Position numbers and translations under genes: made by a program. This document shows, piece by piece, positions 7,901 through 18,277 of a DNA stretch of 32,000 nt. The notes under the pieces were generated by a model. The model was not told the DNA's origin, did not search any database, and saw only the letters and a list, made by a program, of their open reading frames with translations. The DNA is from Thermococcus camini (GTDB lineage Archaea > Methanobacteriota_B > Thermococci > Thermococcales > Thermococcaceae): contig NZ_LR881183.1 of the NCBI RefSeq assembly GCF_904067545.1, positions 406,277 through 438,276 on the forward strand, written 5' to 3'. How positions within the stretch are numbered: position 1 is the first letter of the stretch; every line of letters starts with the position of its first letter.

Positions 7901-7917
7901 CGAAAGCCTTTTAAATA
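7901..7917 (+). promoter_or_regulatory. BRE/TATA promoter (CGAAAGCC-TTTTAAATA) for the SPOUT-rpl3 ribosomal-protein operon
   Basis: TTTTAAATA at 7909-7917 lies ~55 nt upstream of ATG 7973. It is the only strong TATA-like box between the repeats and the first operon gene. Confidence 0.45.
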
Positions 7918-7972
7918 GTCTCCATAGACCCCACTTCAGCGTTAAAGTACCCACAGCAAAGGATGACGGAAA

Positions 7973-8743
7973 ATGGCCTGGCACATCTTCATTCCAGATT
8001 CGCTCCTTGAAGAGACCGACGACCCCAAAATCAGAACGTACAAGGTTGGGCAGATAGCCAGGGCCGCTGCAATCTTCGGCGTTGAGCACGTGTGGGTTTA
8101 CAGGGCCGGCGGCAGGGACGGAAGGTTCATCAAAACGATCCTTGAGTATGCGGAAACGCCCCAGTACCTCAGAAAGAGGCTGTTCCCCCTCATGCCGGAG
8201 CTCCGCTATGTTGGCGTCATCCCGCCGCTGAGGACTCCCCACCACAAGCTTAAGGGGAAACCGAGGGTCGGGGAGATCCGCGAGGGCTTCGCCTTTCGGA
8301 AAGGAAGGAGAACCTACGCGGACATCGGCCTCGACGACCTCGCCGCGGTGGAGGGGGACGTTGAGGGGCGCGCAACTTTCAGAATAGTCTCAGCAAGGCC
8401 TCTCAGAGTGATACCAGCGAAGCCAGAGGAATACTGGGGGTACAGGGTGCATCTCACGAGGAAGTCACTGGCAAAAACACTTAAAAAGGCCAGGCTGGAT
8501 TTGGCGATTGCCACCTCCCGGAGGGGGCGTGACATTCGAGAGGTGAAGCTTCCCCCGCTCGAGGGGGAGGTCGGATTCGCCTTTGGCTCACCGAGGAAGG
8601 GCGTGATGGAGCTCCTCGGCGAGGAGGAATATGACTTTGATCTAATCCTCAACACCATTCCAAATCAGCGGACGGCCACCGTCCGCACCGAGGAGGCCGT
8701 GTTGGCCACACTCGCTGTGTTTAATCTCATAAGGAGGGATTGA
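7973..8743 (+). CDS. Putative SPOUT-superfamily RNA methyltransferase (COG2106/DUF171 family), the usual gene preceding rpl3 in archaea
   Basis: 256 aa starting [43 protein letters not shown]..., with ...[27 protein letters not shown] at the C-terminus (trefoil-knot-like end). Its stop lies 1 nt before the rpl3 ATG. Confidence 0.7.
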   Translation: MAWHIFIPDSLLEETDDPKIRTYKVGQIARAAAIFGVEHVWVYRAGGRDGRFIKTILEYAETPQYLRKRLFPLMPELRYVGVIPPLRTPHHKLKGKPRVGEIREGFAFRKGRRTYADIGLDDLAAVEGDVEGRATFRIVSARPLRVIPAKPEEYWGYRVHLTRKSLAKTLKKARLDLAIATSRRGRDIREVKLPPLEGEVGFAFGSPRKGVMELLGEEEYDFDLILNTIPNQRTATVRTEEAVLATLAVFNLIRRD

Positions 8744-8744
8744 G

Positions 8745-9788
8745 ATGGGAAAAATACACAGGCCAAGGAGAGGTTCACTGGCTTACTCCCCGAGAAAGAG
8801 GGCTAGGAGCGTAGTCCCAAGAATCAAGAAGTGGCCGAAGGACAGCGAAGTCAGGATGCTCGGTTTCGCCGGCTACAAGGCTGGTATGACCCACATCCTC
8901 ATGATAGACGACAGGCCAGGGCTCACCAAGGGGAAGGAGATCTTCATGCCGGTCACGATAGTCGAGGTCCCGCCGCTCTTCGTCTACGGCATCAGGGCCT
9001 ACAGGCAGGGCTACCTCGGTCTCGAGACCGCCACCGAGGTCTGGTTCCACGAGCTCAACGACCACGTCAAGAGGCGCATAAAGACCCTGCCAAAGAACTA
9101 CGACGAGGAGGCCTTCAAGGCTAGGCTTGCCCAGCTTGAGGAGCTTATCGAGGGCGGCGAGATAGTTGACGTCAGGCTTCTCGTCCACACCCAGCCGTGG
9201 CTCATCAAGCTCAAGAAGAAGCCGGAGGTCATGGAGTACGCCATCGGTGGCGACGACATCAGGGCCAAGTTCGACTACGCCAAGGAGAAGATAGGCAAGG
9301 ATCTCCGTGCGAGCGAGGTTCTCCACGAGGGTGAGCTCCTCGACATCATAGCCGTCACCAAGGGTAAGGGAACCCAGGGTCCGGTCAAGCGCTGGGGTGT
9401 CAAGATACAGTTCCACAAAGCCCAGAGGGCTGGCAAGGCCAGGCACATCGGTAACCTCGGTCCGTGGCACCCGACCAGGGTCATGTGGACCGTCCCCCTC
9501 GCGGGTCAGATGGGCTTCCACCACAGGACCGAGTTCAACAAGAGGCTCATTGCCATAGGTGAGAACGGTAAGCTCAAGCTCGGTGACAAGAAGGAGATAG
9601 AGATCACCCCGAAGGGCGGCTTCCCGCACTACGGTGTCATAAGGAGCGACTTCCTCATGATACAGGGCACCGTTCCGGGAGCCTTCAAGAGGATCATCAG
9701 GGTCAGGCCGGCTATAAGGGCGCCGAAGAAGAGGCCGCCGGTTGAGAGGCCGCAGATAACCTACGTCAGTAGGGAATCCAAGCAGTGA
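8745..9788 (+). CDS. rpl3: 50S ribosomal protein L3 (uL3)
   Basis: [20 protein letters not shown]...GYKAGMTHI...[15 protein letters not shown]...; position in the operon. Confidence 0.97.
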   Translation: MGKIHRPRRGSLAYSPRKRARSVVPRIKKWPKDSEVRMLGFAGYKAGMTHILMIDDRPGLTKGKEIFMPVTIVEVPPLFVYGIRAYRQGYLGLETATEVWFHELNDHVKRRIKTLPKNYDEEAFKARLAQLEELIEGGEIVDVRLLVHTQPWLIKLKKKPEVMEYAIGGDDIRAKFDYAKEKIGKDLRASEVLHEGELLDIIAVTKGKGTQGPVKRWGVKIQFHKAQRAGKARHIGNLGPWHPTRVMWTVPLAGQMGFHHRTEFNKRLIAIGENGKLKLGDKKEIEITPKGGFPHYGVIRSDFLMIQGTVPGAFKRIIRVRPAIRAPKKRPPVERPQITYVSRESKQ

Positions 9789-9798
9789 GGTGAGATAA

Positions 9799-10566
9799 AT
9801 GAAGGTTAAGGTTTTCAATCTCGAAGGCGAGCCTGTGGAGGAGATAGAGCTTCCGAAGGTCTTTGCCACCCCGTTCAGGCCCGACCTCATCAGGAGGGCT
9901 GTCATCGCCTCATGGACCCACAGGATACAGCCGCAGGGCAGGGATCCGCTCGCTGGAAAGAGAAGGGTCACCGAGAACATCGGAAAGGGCCACGGAATGG
10001 CAAGGGTTGAGAGGATAAAGACCTCCCCGAGGTTTGCCGCCTTCGTCCCCTTCGCGAGAGGTGGAAGGAGAACCCACCCGCCCAAGGTCGAGAAGGTCAT
10101 CTGGGAGGACATCAACAAGAAGGAGCGCAGGCTGGCCATAATGAGTGCCATCGCTGCAACCGCCAACTACGACCTCGTCAGGGCCAGGGGCCACATCGTT
10201 GACAACGTTCCGCAGGTTCCGATAGTCGTCACCGACGACCTCGAGAAGGTTTTCAAGACCGCCCAGACCCGGGAGATATTCAAGAAGCTCGGCGTCTGGG
10301 ATGACATCGAGAGGGCCAAGAAGAACACCAAGATAAGGGCCGGTAAGGGCAAGATGCGCGGAAGGAAGTACAAGAAGGCCAAGGGTCCGCTCGTCGTCGT
10401 TGCCAAGAACGAGGGAATCGTTCAGGGTGCCAGGAACCACCCGGGCGTTGACGTCGTCACCGTTGAGAACCTCGGCGTTGAGCTTCTCGCTCCGGGTACC
10501 CACCCGGGAAGGCTCACGGTCTGGACCAAGGGCGCCATAGAGAGGCTTAGGGAAATTTACGGGTGA
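9799..10566 (+). CDS. rpl4: 50S ribosomal protein L4 (uL4)
   Basis: [22 protein letters not shown]...[13 protein letters not shown]...; preceded by TGAGGTGAGATAAATG. Confidence 0.97.
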   Translation: MKVKVFNLEGEPVEEIELPKVFATPFRPDLIRRAVIASWTHRIQPQGRDPLAGKRRVTENIGKGHGMARVERIKTSPRFAAFVPFARGGRRTHPPKVEKVIWEDINKKERRLAIMSAIAATANYDLVRARGHIVDNVPQVPIVVTDDLEKVFKTAQTREIFKKLGVWDDIERAKKNTKIRAGKGKMRGRKYKKAKGPLVVVAKNEGIVQGARNHPGVDVVTVENLGVELLAPGTHPGRLTVWTKGAIERLREIYG

Positions 10567-10572
10567 TGAGAG

Positions 10573-10833
10573 ATGGATCCGTACAAGGTTATCGTCAAGC
10601 CGGTCGTCACGGAGAAGGCCGTGGCCATGATCGAGAACGAGAACAAGCTCACCTTCATAGTGGACAGAAGAGCTACCAAGCAGGACATCAAGAATGCCGT
10701 GGAAGCGATGTTCGATGTCAAGGTCGAGAAGGTCACCACCCTCGTGACCATGAAGGGCGAGAAGAAGGCCTATGTGAAGCTCAAGCCTGAGTACAGCGCA
10801 AGTGAGGTTGCTGCCAGGATAGGATTGTTCTGA
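10573..10833 (+). CDS. rpl23: 50S ribosomal protein L23 (uL23)
   Basis: [40 protein letters not shown]...; operon order. Confidence 0.96.
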   Translation: MDPYKVIVKPVVTEKAVAMIENENKLTFIVDRRATKQDIKNAVEAMFDVKVEKVTTLVTMKGEKKAYVKLKPEYSASEVAARIGLF

Positions 10834-10846
10834 CGGGGTGAGTGAG

Positions 10847-11566
10847 ATGGGAAAGAGTCTGATTCAGCAGAGGAGAGGTAAGGGAACCACGACCTTTAGA
10901 GCCCCCTCCCACAGGTACAGGGGTGCCGTCAGGTACGTTCCGCTCAACCTTACCAAGGAGAAGACCCTCGTCGGCAAGGTCGTAGAGATACTCCACGACC
11001 CGGGAAGGACCGCCCCAGTGGCAAGGGTCAAGTTCGAGAACGGCATGGAGAAGCTCATAATAGCTCCCGAAGGAGTCCTCGTCGGTGAGGAGATAGCCAT
11101 CGGGCCGAACGCCCCGATCAAGATCGGCAACACCCTCCCGCTTGCCATGATACCGGAGGGAAGCTACGTCTACGACATCGAGGGAGTTCCGGGCGACGGT
11201 GGCAAGTACGTCCGCGCCGGCGGTGCCTACGCCCTCGTCGTCAGCAGGGAGAAGGACAAGGTCATAGTCCAGCTTCCGAGCGGTGAGCTCAAGCAGTTCA
11301 AGCCGACCTGCAGGGCTACCATAGGTGTCGTTGCCGGTGGCGGTAGGCTCGAGAAGCCCATCGTCAAGGCGGGTAAGGCCTACTACATCGCCAAGGCAAG
11401 GAACAGGTTCTGGCCGAAGCCGAGGGGTGTCAAGATGAACGCCGTCAACCACCCGCACGGTGGTAAGGAGCACCACATCGGCAGGCCGAGCACCGTCTCG
11501 AGGCGCGCTCCGCCCGGAAGGAAGGTCGGTCACATAGCCGCGAGAAGAACTGGTAGGAGGAAGTGA
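10847..11566 (+). CDS. rpl2: 50S ribosomal protein L2 (uL2)
   Basis: [13 protein letters not shown]...[28 protein letters not shown].... ATG 10847 follows GGGGTGAG. The track ORF begins at the in-frame GTG 10838, which lies inside the SD. Confidence 0.95.
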   Translation: MGKSLIQQRRGKGTTTFRAPSHRYRGAVRYVPLNLTKEKTLVGKVVEILHDPGRTAPVARVKFENGMEKLIIAPEGVLVGEEIAIGPNAPIKIGNTLPLAMIPEGSYVYDIEGVPGDGGKYVRAGGAYALVVSREKDKVIVQLPSGELKQFKPTCRATIGVVAGGGRLEKPIVKAGKAYYIAKARNRFWPKPRGVKMNAVNHPHGGKEHHIGRPSTVSRRAPPGRKVGHIAARRTGRRK

Positions 11567-11571
11567 TGAAG

Positions 11572-11973
11572 ATGGCGAGAAAGAAGGAGTTTAAGTACCG
11601 GGGTTACAGCTTCGAGGAACTGCTCAACATGTCACTCGAGGACTTCGCTAAGCTCCTCCCGGCCAGGCAGAGGAGGAGCCTCAAGCGCGGCCTCAGTCCG
11701 GAGCAGAAGAAGCTCCTCAGGAAGATAAGGCTTGCCAAGAAGGGCAAGTACAACAAGCCGATAAGGACCCACAGCAGGGACATGGTTATACTCCCCGAGA
11801 TGGTCGGCATGACCATCCACGTCTACAACGGAAAGGAATTCATCCCGATAGAGATCAAGGAGGAGATGATCGGCCACTACCTCGGCGAGTTCGCCCTCTC
11901 CAGGAAGGTCGTCCAGCACGGTTCACCTGGTGTCGGTGCGACCAGGTCATCGATGTTCGTGGCGGTCAAGTGA
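11572..11973 (+). CDS. rps19: 30S ribosomal protein S19 (uS19)
   Basis: [41 protein letters not shown].... The third in-frame start (track ORF from 11563) is chosen by similarity to Pyrococcus S19, which begins MARKEF. Confidence 0.93.
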   Translation: MARKKEFKYRGYSFEELLNMSLEDFAKLLPARQRRSLKRGLSPEQKKLLRKIRLAKKGKYNKPIRTHSRDMVILPEMVGMTIHVYNGKEFIPIEIKEEMIGHYLGEFALSRKVVQHGSPGVGATRSSMFVAVK

Positions 11974-11983
11974 GGTGGTATAG

Positions 11984-12454
11984 ATGAGCAGGGGCAGGTT
12001 TTCCTACTCATTCCAAAATTTTGACCCCGAGAAGATGGCTCGTGCCAGCGGAAGGGACCTCAGGATATCCCCGAAGCACAGCGTCGAGCTCCTCAGGGAG
12101 ATCAGGGGAATGATGGTCAACGACGCGCTCAGGTATCTCGACGACGTTATAGCCCTCAAGAGGCCGGTTCCGATGAAGCGCCACAACGACAGCCAGGGCC
12201 ACAAGCCGGGCAGGGGCTTTGGTCCGGGTAGGTACCCGGTCAAGGTCGCCAAGGCCGTCAAGAAGGTCCTCCTCAACGCCAAGAACAACGCCGAGCAGAA
12301 GGGCCTCGACCCTGACAGGCTCAGGATAATCCACGCGGCAGCGCACAGGGGCCCGGTCCTCAGGGGTTACATCCCGAGGGCCTTCGGAAGGGCCACACCG
12401 TTCAACGAGCAGACCACCCACATCGAGATAGTCGTTGAGGAGATTAGGAGGTGA
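11984..12454 (+). CDS. rpl22: 50S ribosomal protein L22 (uL22)
   Basis: [42 protein letters not shown]...; preceded by TGAGGTGGTATAGATG. Confidence 0.96.
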   Translation: MSRGRFSYSFQNFDPEKMARASGRDLRISPKHSVELLREIRGMMVNDALRYLDDVIALKRPVPMKRHNDSQGHKPGRGFGPGRYPVKVAKAVKKVLLNAKNNAEQKGLDPDRLRIIHAAAHRGPVLRGYIPRAFGRATPFNEQTTHIEIVVEEIRR

Positions 12455-12459
12455 GACTT

Positions 12460-13092
12460 TTGGCGATCGAGAGATACTTCATCAAGGAAAACGTTAGGGA
12501 TATGCTCATCGACGAGTACCTCGAGAAAGAGCTCAGAAGGGCCGGCTACGGCGGAATCGACATCAAGAAGACCCCACTCGGAACAAAGGTCACCATCTTC
12601 GCCGCCAACCCCGGCTACGTCATAGGCAGGGGCGGAAGGAGAATAAGGGAGCTCACCAGGATACTCGAGAGAAAGTTCAACCTTGAGAACCCGCAGATCG
12701 AGGTCGAGGAGATCAAGAACCCCTACCTCAACGCCAAGGTCCAGGCCGTCAGGCTCGCCCAGGCCCTTGAGAGGGGCGTCCACTTCAGAAGGGCCGCCTA
12801 CTCCGCTATCAGGGCCATAATGCGGAACGGAGCAAGGGGTGTCGAGATCCGCCTCAGCGGAAAGCTCACCGGCGAGAGGGCCAAGAGTGTCAGGTTCTAC
12901 CAGGGCTACCTTGCCAAGGTTGGAAACCCTGCCGAGACCCTCGTCAGCAAGGGCTACGCCCAGGCCAAGCTCAAGCTCGGTGTCATCGGTGTTAAGGTTT
13001 CCATCATGCCGCCTGACGCCAAGCTCCCGGACGAGATTGAGGTCATAGAGAAGCTCGTTGAGGAAGAGGTGAGCACCAATGAAGCCGAGTGA
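12460..13092 (+). CDS. rps3: 30S ribosomal protein S3 (uS3)
   Basis: (M)[43 protein letters not shown]..., with KH domain sequence [14 protein letters not shown] 12460 is preferred because it lies 8 nt after AGGAGGTGA. The track start GTG 12451 is inside the SD. Confidence 0.93.
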   Translation: MAIERYFIKENVRDMLIDEYLEKELRRAGYGGIDIKKTPLGTKVTIFAANPGYVIGRGGRRIRELTRILERKFNLENPQIEVEEIKNPYLNAKVQAVRLAQALERGVHFRRAAYSAIRAIMRNGARGVEIRLSGKLTGERAKSVRFYQGYLAKVGNPAETLVSKGYAQAKLKLGVIGVKVSIMPPDAKLPDEIEVIEKLVEEEVSTNEAE

Positions 13093-13279
13093 GATTAGGG
13101 AGATGAGCATCGAGGAGATCGACAAGAAGCTCAGGGAGCTCCGCCTCGAGCTCGCCAAGGAGAGGGGTGTGCTCACCATGGGGGCCTCCATAGAGAACCC
13201 CATGGTCATCCGCAACCTCAGGCGCGACATAGCGCGCCTGCTTACCATAAAGAAGGAGAAGCTTAGGGAGAAAAGGTGA
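13079..13279 (+). CDS. rpl29: 50S ribosomal protein L29 (uL29)
   Basis: [32 protein letters not shown]...; overlaps the rps3 end by 14 nt. Confidence 0.95.
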   Translation: MKPSEIREMSIEEIDKKLRELRLELAKERGVLTMGASIENPMVIRNLRRDIARLLTIKKEKLREKR

Positions 13280-13285
13280 GGTTCG

Positions 13286-13582
13286 GTGCCAAGGATTGTT
13301 AACCCTCTGGATGAGATGCTCTTTAAAGAAGTGCTGAAGGAGCAGCAGAGAATTAGAGTGTACATAGAGAAGGCCCGCTACGGAAAGCTTAAAACCATAA
13401 TTGAGGGCATAGACGAGAAGGAGTTCGACCTGGATGATATAGCAAAGAAGCTGAAGGCGAAGCTGGCATGCGGCGGAACGGTCAAGAAGGGAAGGATAGA
13501 GCTCCAGGGAGACCACAGAGAAAGGGTCAAGAAGTTGCTCGGAGACCTTGGATTTTCCGAGGACTTGATAGAAATCGAGTGA
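13286..13582 (+). CDS. Translation initiation factor SUI1 (aSUI1/eIF1 homologue)
   Basis: (M)[10 protein letters not shown]...[19 protein letters not shown]...[34 protein letters not shown]... has the SUI1 fold signature. GTG start lies 5 nt after AAGGTGAGG. Confidence 0.93.
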   Translation: MPRIVNPLDEMLFKEVLKEQQRIRVYIEKARYGKLKTIIEGIDEKEFDLDDIAKKLKAKLACGGTVKKGRIELQGDHRERVKKLLGDLGFSEDLIEIE

Positions 13583-13845
13583 ATCAGAAAAACATCATCT
13601 GGGGCGAGCTCATAGGGCTGAAAGCAAAAATTATAAGGGCATCTCATCCAGAGCTGGTTGGCATCGAGGGCTACGTCCTTGACGAGACGAGGAACACCCT
13701 CACCATCGGCGGTGAGAGGGTCTGGGTTATCCCGAAGGACGTGGCGGAGCTCGAGTTTGAAGTTGGCGGTAAAAAAATCCGAATCAACGGAAAGGAACTG
13801 ATTGGAAGACCCGAGATGAGATTGAAGAAGAGGTGGCGAAAATGA
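13468..13845 (+). CDS. rnp1: RNase P protein component 1 (Rpp29/Pop4)
   Basis: [78 protein letters not shown]...[13 protein letters not shown]. From memory, both the basic N-terminal tail and the Sm-like core match Pyrococcus Rpp29 (~127 aa). The first 115 nt overlap SUI1 in another frame. An alternative short start is GTG 13579. Confidence 0.85.
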   Translation: MRRNGQEGKDRAPGRPQRKGQEVARRPWIFRGLDRNRVNQKNIIWGELIGLKAKIIRASHPELVGIEGYVLDETRNTLTIGGERVWVIPKDVAELEFEVGGKKIRINGKELIGRPEMRLKKRWRK

Positions 13846-14177
13846 GAGAGATCGGATTGAAGGTTCAGCCTCCCGCTGAGAAGTGTGACGATCCCCACTG
13901 CCCCTGGCACGGACACCTCAGGATACACGGCAGGTACTTCGAGGGTGTCGTCGTCAGTGACAAGGGCAAGAAGACCGTCGTCGTCGAGAGGCAGCACTAC
14001 CACTACCTCAAGAAGTACGAGAGGTATGAGCTCAGGAGGAGCAAGGTTCACGCTCACAACCCGGAGTGCATAGACGCCAAGGTCGGTGACAGGGTCCTCA
14101 TCGCCGAGACCCGGCCGATAAGCAAGACCAAGAGCTGGGTTGTCGTTGCCGTCACCAAGAGGGCTGGCGAGAGGTGA
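13842..14177 (+). CDS. rps17: 30S ribosomal protein S17 (uS17)
   Basis: [41 protein letters not shown].... The ATG overlaps the Rpp29 stop (aATGA). Confidence 0.95.
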   Translation: MREIGLKVQPPAEKCDDPHCPWHGHLRIHGRYFEGVVVSDKGKKTVVVERQHYHYLKKYERYELRRSKVHAHNPECIDAKVGDRVLIAETRPISKTKSWVVVAVTKRAGER

Positions 14178-14182
14178 TATGA

Positions 14183-14608
14183 ATGGCGAAGAAGGGTGCA
14201 GGTGCTACGAGAGGAATTAGCCCGGTCAGGCCGACTCGCGCTCTTCCGATAGGCGCTTACCTCAAGGTCGCCGACAACAGCGGCGCCAAGGTCGTCCAGA
14301 TCATAGGCGTCGTTGGCTACAAGGGCACCAGGAGGAGGCTCGCCTCTGCCGGTGTCGGCGACATGGTCGTCGCCACCGTCAAGAAGGGAAGGCCCGACAT
14401 CAGGCACCAGGTGGTTAGGGCCGTTGTCGTCAGGCAGAGGAAGGAGTACAGGCGCCTTGACGGAATGCGCGTCAAGTTCGAAGACAACGCCGCAGCTATA
14501 GTTACCCCAGAGGGTGTCCCGAGGGGAACCGAGATCAGGGGTGCCATAGCCAGGGAGGCCGCCGAGCGCTGGGTGAGGCTCGGCAGCATAGCGAGCATAG
14601 TGTTGTGA
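14183..14608 (+). CDS. rpl14: 50S ribosomal protein L14 (uL14)
   Basis: [43 protein letters not shown]... Confidence 0.97.
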   Translation: MAKKGAGATRGISPVRPTRALPIGAYLKVADNSGAKVVQIIGVVGYKGTRRRLASAGVGDMVVATVKKGRPDIRHQVVRAVVVRQRKEYRRLDGMRVKFEDNAAAIVTPEGVPRGTEIRGAIAREAAERWVRLGSIASIVL

Positions 14609-14618
14609 GGTGAGAAAG

Positions 14619-14984
14619 ATGAAGTTGAAGACCAGGCAGCCGAGGAAGCAGAGGAAGTTCCTCTACAACGCTCCCCTTCACCTTAGGAGCAAGGTAATGG
14701 CCGCCACCCTGAGCGAGGATCTCAGGAACAAGTACGGCGTGAGGAGCCTTCCGATCAGGGAGGGCGACAAGGTCCGCGTGATGCGCGGAGACTTCAAGGG
14801 TAAGGAAGGCAAGGTCGTTGAGGTTGACCTCAAGAGGTACAGGGTGCACGTCGAGGGCGTTACCCACAAGAAGACCGACGGAACTGAGGTTTACTACCCG
14901 CTCCACCCGTCGAACGTTATGATAATCGAACTCAACCTCGACGATGAGAGGAGAGAGAAGATAATTAAGAGGAGGGCTGGTTGA
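14619..14984 (+). CDS. rpl24: 50S ribosomal protein L24 (uL24)
   Basis: [35 protein letters not shown]...[18 protein letters not shown] (KOW motif). ATG follows GAGGTGAGAAAG. Confidence 0.95.
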   Translation: MKLKTRQPRKQRKFLYNAPLHLRSKVMAATLSEDLRNKYGVRSLPIREGDKVRVMRGDFKGKEGKVVEVDLKRYRVHVEGVTHKKTDGTEVYYPLHPSNVMIIELNLDDERREKIIKRRAG

Positions 14985-15715
14985 TGGCGAGGAAAGGCGC
15001 TAAGAGGCACCTTAAGAGGCTTGCCGCTCCCAATCAGTGGTACATCTCGAGAAAGACCTACAAGTGGGCGGTCAGGCCGAGGCCGGGTCCGCACAGCATG
15101 AGGACCTCGATCCCGCTGCTCTACATAGTCAGGGACTACCTCGGCTACGCCAAGACCGCCCGCGAGGCGAGGAAGATACTCAACGAGGGCAAGATCCTCG
15201 TTGACGGCCGCGTTAGGAAGGACTACAAGTTCCCGGTCGGAATCATGGACGTCGTTTCCATCCCCGAGACCGGCGAGCACTACAGGGTTCTTCCGAACAG
15301 GATCGGCAAGCTCATACTCCACCCGATAAGCGAGAAGGAAGCAAACATAAAGCCGCTCAGGATAAGCAACAAGCGCATGGTCAAAGGCGCGAAGGTTCAG
15401 CTCAACCTCCACGACGGAAGCAACCACCTCGTCACCATGGACGAGAAGGACAGGTACATGACCGCCAGCACCGTCCTCATGAAGGTCCCCGAGAGGGAGG
15501 TCATCGAGGTTCTCCCGTTCGAAGTCGGTGCCTACGTCTTCGTCACCCAGGGTAAGAACGTCGCAAGGAAGGGTAAGGTCGTCGAGGTCAGGCAGTTCCC
15601 GATGGGCTGGCCGGACGTCGTCACCATCGAGGACGAGAACGGGGAGCTCTTCGACACCCTGAAGGAGTACGCCTTCGTCGTTGGTAAGGAGAAGCCGGAG
15701 ATTTCCCTTCCGTGA
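14984..15715 (+). CDS. rps4e: 30S ribosomal protein S4e (eS4)
   Basis: [38 protein letters not shown].... The ATG overlaps the rpl24 TGA by 1 nt. Confidence 0.96.
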   Translation: MARKGAKRHLKRLAAPNQWYISRKTYKWAVRPRPGPHSMRTSIPLLYIVRDYLGYAKTAREARKILNEGKILVDGRVRKDYKFPVGIMDVVSIPETGEHYRVLPNRIGKLILHPISEKEANIKPLRISNKRMVKGAKVQLNLHDGSNHLVTMDEKDRYMTASTVLMKVPEREVIEVLPFEVGAYVFVTQGKNVARKGKVVEVRQFPMGWPDVVTIEDENGELFDTLKEYAFVVGKEKPEISLP

Positions 15716-15726
15716 GGTGAGATAAG

Positions 15727-16278
15727 ATGCAGATCAACAGAGAGGCTATCCTAGCGGACTGGGAAGCTCACCCGATGAGGAAGCCCAGGATCGCTAAGCT
15801 TACCATCAACATTGGAGTTGGCGAGAGCGGTGAGCGCTTAACTAAGGCTGAGACGATGCTTGAGCAGCTCGTCGGCCAGAAGCCCATAAGGAGAAGGGCC
15901 AAGCAGACCAACAAGGACTTCGGAATCAGGCGCGGAGAGCCGATAGCGGTTAAGGTTACCCTCCGCGGCAAGAAGGCCGAGGAGATGCTGAACAGGCTCC
16001 TCGAGGCCGTTGACAGGAAGCTCAAAGCGAGCAACTTCGACGAGCACGGCAACTTCTGCTTCGGAATCCAGGAGCACATCAACATACCGGGCGTTGAGTA
16101 CGACCCGGAGATAGGCATCTTCGGTATGGACGTCTGCGTTACCCTCGACAGGCCAGGATACAGGGTCGCCAAGAGGAAGAGGCAGAGGAAGAAGCTCCCG
16201 ACCAAGCACAAGCTGACCAAGGAGGAGGGTATCGTCTTCGCTATTGAGGAGTTTAAGGTTACCGTGGAGGGATTGTGA
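15727..16278 (+). CDS. rpl5: 50S ribosomal protein L5 (uL5)
   Basis: ...[39 protein letters not shown]... Confidence 0.96.
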   Translation: MQINREAILADWEAHPMRKPRIAKLTINIGVGESGERLTKAETMLEQLVGQKPIRRRAKQTNKDFGIRRGEPIAVKVTLRGKKAEEMLNRLLEAVDRKLKASNFDEHGNFCFGIQEHINIPGVEYDPEIGIFGMDVCVTLDRPGYRVAKRKRQRKKLPTKHKLTKEEGIVFAIEEFKVTVEGL

Positions 16279-16279
16279 G

Positions 16280-16450
16280 ATGGCGAAGGCTGACTACAAC
16301 AAGAGGAAGCCCAGGAAGTTTGGAAAGGGTGCGAGAAGGTGCATGCGCTGCGGCCAGTACGGCCCGATAATCAGGATACACGGCCTTATGCTCTGCAGAC
16401 ACTGCTTTAGAGAGATAGCCCCCAAGCTGGGCTTTAAGAAGTACGAGTGA
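16280..16450 (+). CDS. rps14: 30S ribosomal protein S14 type Z (uS14), zinc-binding
   Basis: [56 protein letters not shown] (CxxC...CxxC), 56 aa. The track ORF extends upstream into rpl5. Confidence 0.95.
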   Translation: MAKADYNKRKPRKFGKGARRCMRCGQYGPIIRIHGLMLCRHCFREIAPKLGFKKYE

Positions 16451-16461
16451 GGTGAGAGGAG

Positions 16462-16854
16462 ATGACGTTGCTTGATCCGCTGGCGAACGCTCTCTCCCAC
16501 ATAACCAACAGCGAGAGGGTCGGTAAAGAGGAGGTTTACCTCAAGCCGGCTTCCAAGCTCATGGGAGAGGTCCTCAGGGTTATGCAGGAGAACGGCTACA
16601 TCGGCGAGTTTGAGTTCATAGACGACGGAAGGGCCGGCATCTACAGGGTGCAGCTCATAGGTAAGATCAACAAAGCTGGAGCGATAAAGCCGAGGTTCCC
16701 GGTCAAGGCCAGGGAGTACGAGGCCTGGGAGAAGAGGTTCCTTCCGGCCTTCGAGTTCGGTATCCTCATCGTCTCGACCTCCCAGGGCGTCATGACCCAC
16801 AAAGAGGCCATCGAGAAGGGAATCGGCGGAAGGCTGATAGCCTACGTCTACTGA
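16462..16854 (+). CDS. rps8: 30S ribosomal protein S8 (uS8)
   Basis: [33 protein letters not shown]... Confidence 0.96.
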   Translation: MTLLDPLANALSHITNSERVGKEEVYLKPASKLMGEVLRVMQENGYIGEFEFIDDGRAGIYRVQLIGKINKAGAIKPRFPVKAREYEAWEKRFLPAFEFGILIVSTSQGVMTHKEAIEKGIGGRLIAYVY

Positions 16855-16864
16855 GGTGAGAGAG

Positions 16865-17419
16865 ATGCCGATAGACGCGTGGGTAAGGGAAGAGGTTGAG
16901 ATTCCAGAGGGAGTCGAGGTCACCGTTGAGGGGAACACCGTCAAGGTCAAGGGTCCCAAGGGCGAGCTCGAGAGGGAGCTCAAGTATCCGGGCGTTCAGA
17001 TATTCACCGAGGACGGCAAGGTCGTCGTCTTCAAGGAGTTCCCGAGGAAGAGGGACATAGCCATAGCGAGGACCTTCAAGGCCCACATAGCCAACATGAT
17101 CAAAGGAGTTACGGAGGGCTTCACCTACAAGCTCAAGATCGTTTACAGCCACTTCCCGATGACCGTCAAGGTTCAGGGTGACGAGGTCGTCATCGAGAAC
17201 TTCCTCGGTGAGAAGAACCCGAGGAGGGCGAAGATCCTTCCGGGAGTCACCGTCAGGGTCTCCGGTCAGGAGGTCATCGTCGAGGGCATAGACAGGGAAG
17301 CGGTTGGCCAGACCGCGGCCAACATCGAGCAGGCCACCAAGATAACCAAGTGGGACAGGCGTGTCTTCCAGGATGGTATCTACATCGTTGAGAAGGCTGG
17401 TAAGCCGATAAAGTTCTGA
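16865..17419 (+). CDS. rpl6: 50S ribosomal protein L6 (uL6)
   Basis: [39 protein letters not shown]...; preceded by TGAGGTGAGAGAGATG. Confidence 0.96.
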   Translation: MPIDAWVREEVEIPEGVEVTVEGNTVKVKGPKGELERELKYPGVQIFTEDGKVVVFKEFPRKRDIAIARTFKAHIANMIKGVTEGFTYKLKIVYSHFPMTVKVQGDEVVIENFLGEKNPRRAKILPGVTVRVSGQEVIVEGIDREAVGQTAANIEQATKITKWDRRVFQDGIYIVEKAGKPIKF

Positions 17420-17429
17420 GGTGTGAGAA

Positions 17430-17810
17430 ATGAACGAGAAGGCGAGACTCCTTAGGATAAGGGCCAGGATCAAGAGGAAGAAGCCCCGCTTCCTTAGGCA
17501 GGAGTGGTGGCGCTATCCGAAGTTCAAGAACGACCCCAAGTGGCGCAGGCCCAAGGGAATCGACAGCAAGATGAGGCTCAAGAAGAAGGGCAAGCCCCGC
17601 TCACCCAGCATAGGCTGGAGCTCCCCGAAGGCCGTTCGCGGTCTCCACCCGAGCGGCTACGAGGAAGTCCTCGTCCACAACATCAGGGAGCTTGAGGCCA
17701 TCGACCCGATCAGGCAGGCTGCAAGGATAGCGAGAACCGTTGGTGCCAGGAAGAGAGAGGCCATACTCACCAGAGCCAAGGAGCTCGGTGTGAAGGTACT
17801 CAACCCGTGA
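17430..17810 (+). CDS. rpl32e: 50S ribosomal protein L32e (eL32)
   Basis: ...[34 protein letters not shown]... Confidence 0.95.
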   Translation: MNEKARLLRIRARIKRKKPRFLRQEWWRYPKFKNDPKWRRPKGIDSKMRLKKKGKPRSPSIGWSSPKAVRGLHPSGYEEVLVHNIRELEAIDPIRQAARIARTVGARKREAILTRAKELGVKVLNP

Positions 17811-17820
17811 GGTGAGGCTC

Positions 17821-18267
17821 ATGCTCAAGATGCAGAGAAGGATTGCCGCTGATTTGTTGAAGTGCGGTGAGAACAGGGTCTGGATTGACCCGGAGAGGAT
17901 TGACGACGTCGCCGCCGCCATAACCAGGGAGGATGTGAGGAGGCTCATCAACGACGGCGTCATCAAGAAGAAGCCCGTCAAGGGCCAGAGCAGGGCCAGG
18001 GCGAGGGCCTTCCAGGAGGCCAGAAAGAAGGGACGCCACAGGGGTCCCGGAAGCAAGAAGGGTAAGAAGACCGCTAGGATGGGCAAGAAGGAGCGCTGGA
18101 TGATGACCATAAGGGCCCTCAGAAAGGAGCTCAGGAAGCTCAAGGCTGAGGGCAAGCTTGACGAGCACACCTACAGGAGGCTCTACATCAGGGCCAAGGG
18201 CGGTCAGTTCAAGAACAAGAGGCAGCTCTACCTGTTCATGCAGGAGCACGACATACTGAAGGAGTGA
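17821..18267 (+). CDS. rpl19e: 50S ribosomal protein L19e (eL19)
   Basis: [43 protein letters not shown]... Confidence 0.95.
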   Translation: MLKMQRRIAADLLKCGENRVWIDPERIDDVAAAITREDVRRLINDGVIKKKPVKGQSRARARAFQEARKKGRHRGPGSKKGKKTARMGKKERWMMTIRALRKELRKLKAEGKLDEHTYRRLYIRAKGGQFKNKRQLYLFMQEHDILKE

Positions 18268-18277
18268 GGTGAGAGAG

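Larger units (their letters stand above)
6416..7972. repeat. 1.56-kb ORF-free, hairpin-dense intergenic region containing repeated ~335-nt units
   Basis: No ORF here has coding character. At least 16 short perfect or near-perfect stem-loops were indexed by hand (see findings). There are two full units and several partial modules, three TTGATCAA palindromes, and more A/T than in the flanks. Confidence 0.85.

Noticed and set aside
7890-7912. tRNA-like T-loop resemblance (ggaacGGTTCGAAAgcc).
   Set aside because: There is no complementary T-stem, acceptor stem or anticodon arm in the surrounding sequence. It overlaps the BRE/TATA region of the operon promoter.
6416-7972. Possibility that the repeat-rich region is a CRISPR array or its leader.
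   Set aside because: There is no regular short repeat/spacer periodicity. The repeated units are ~335 nt and diverged. The hairpins differ from one another, and there are no cas genes in the window.
6416-7972. Possibility that the region is a replication origin (oriC with ORB repeats).
   Set aside because: There is no adjacent orc1/cdc6 gene. I could not recognise the Pyrococcus-type ORB/mini-ORB consensus; only loose resemblances such as aatccactccagaac at about 7076-7090. There is no pronounced A/T-rich unwinding element flanked by inverted ORBs. This is not fully excluded without a genome-wide skew analysis.
8775-10166. 463-aa minus-strand ORF spanning rpl3/rpl4. Similar long antisense ORFs are 10781..11533, 12367..13365, 16294..16983, 16790..17473, 17601..18170, 17800..18249, 18236..18829 and 28634..29800.
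   Set aside because: Each lies exactly antisense to a confidently identified, highly conserved + strand gene. Their translations are low-complexity (Leu/Gly/Pro/Arg/Asp-rich), with no start context or recognisable family. Strong G/C-ending codon bias on the sense strand suppresses stop codons on the antisense strand, so these are shadow ORFs.
13579-13845. Short version of Rpp29 starting at GTG 13579, which would give no overlap with SUI1.
   Set aside because: The upstream in-frame extension from ATG 13468 encodes a basic tail resembling the N-terminus of Pyrococcus Rpp29 as I remember it, so the long form is preferred. It remains an alternative (see finding).
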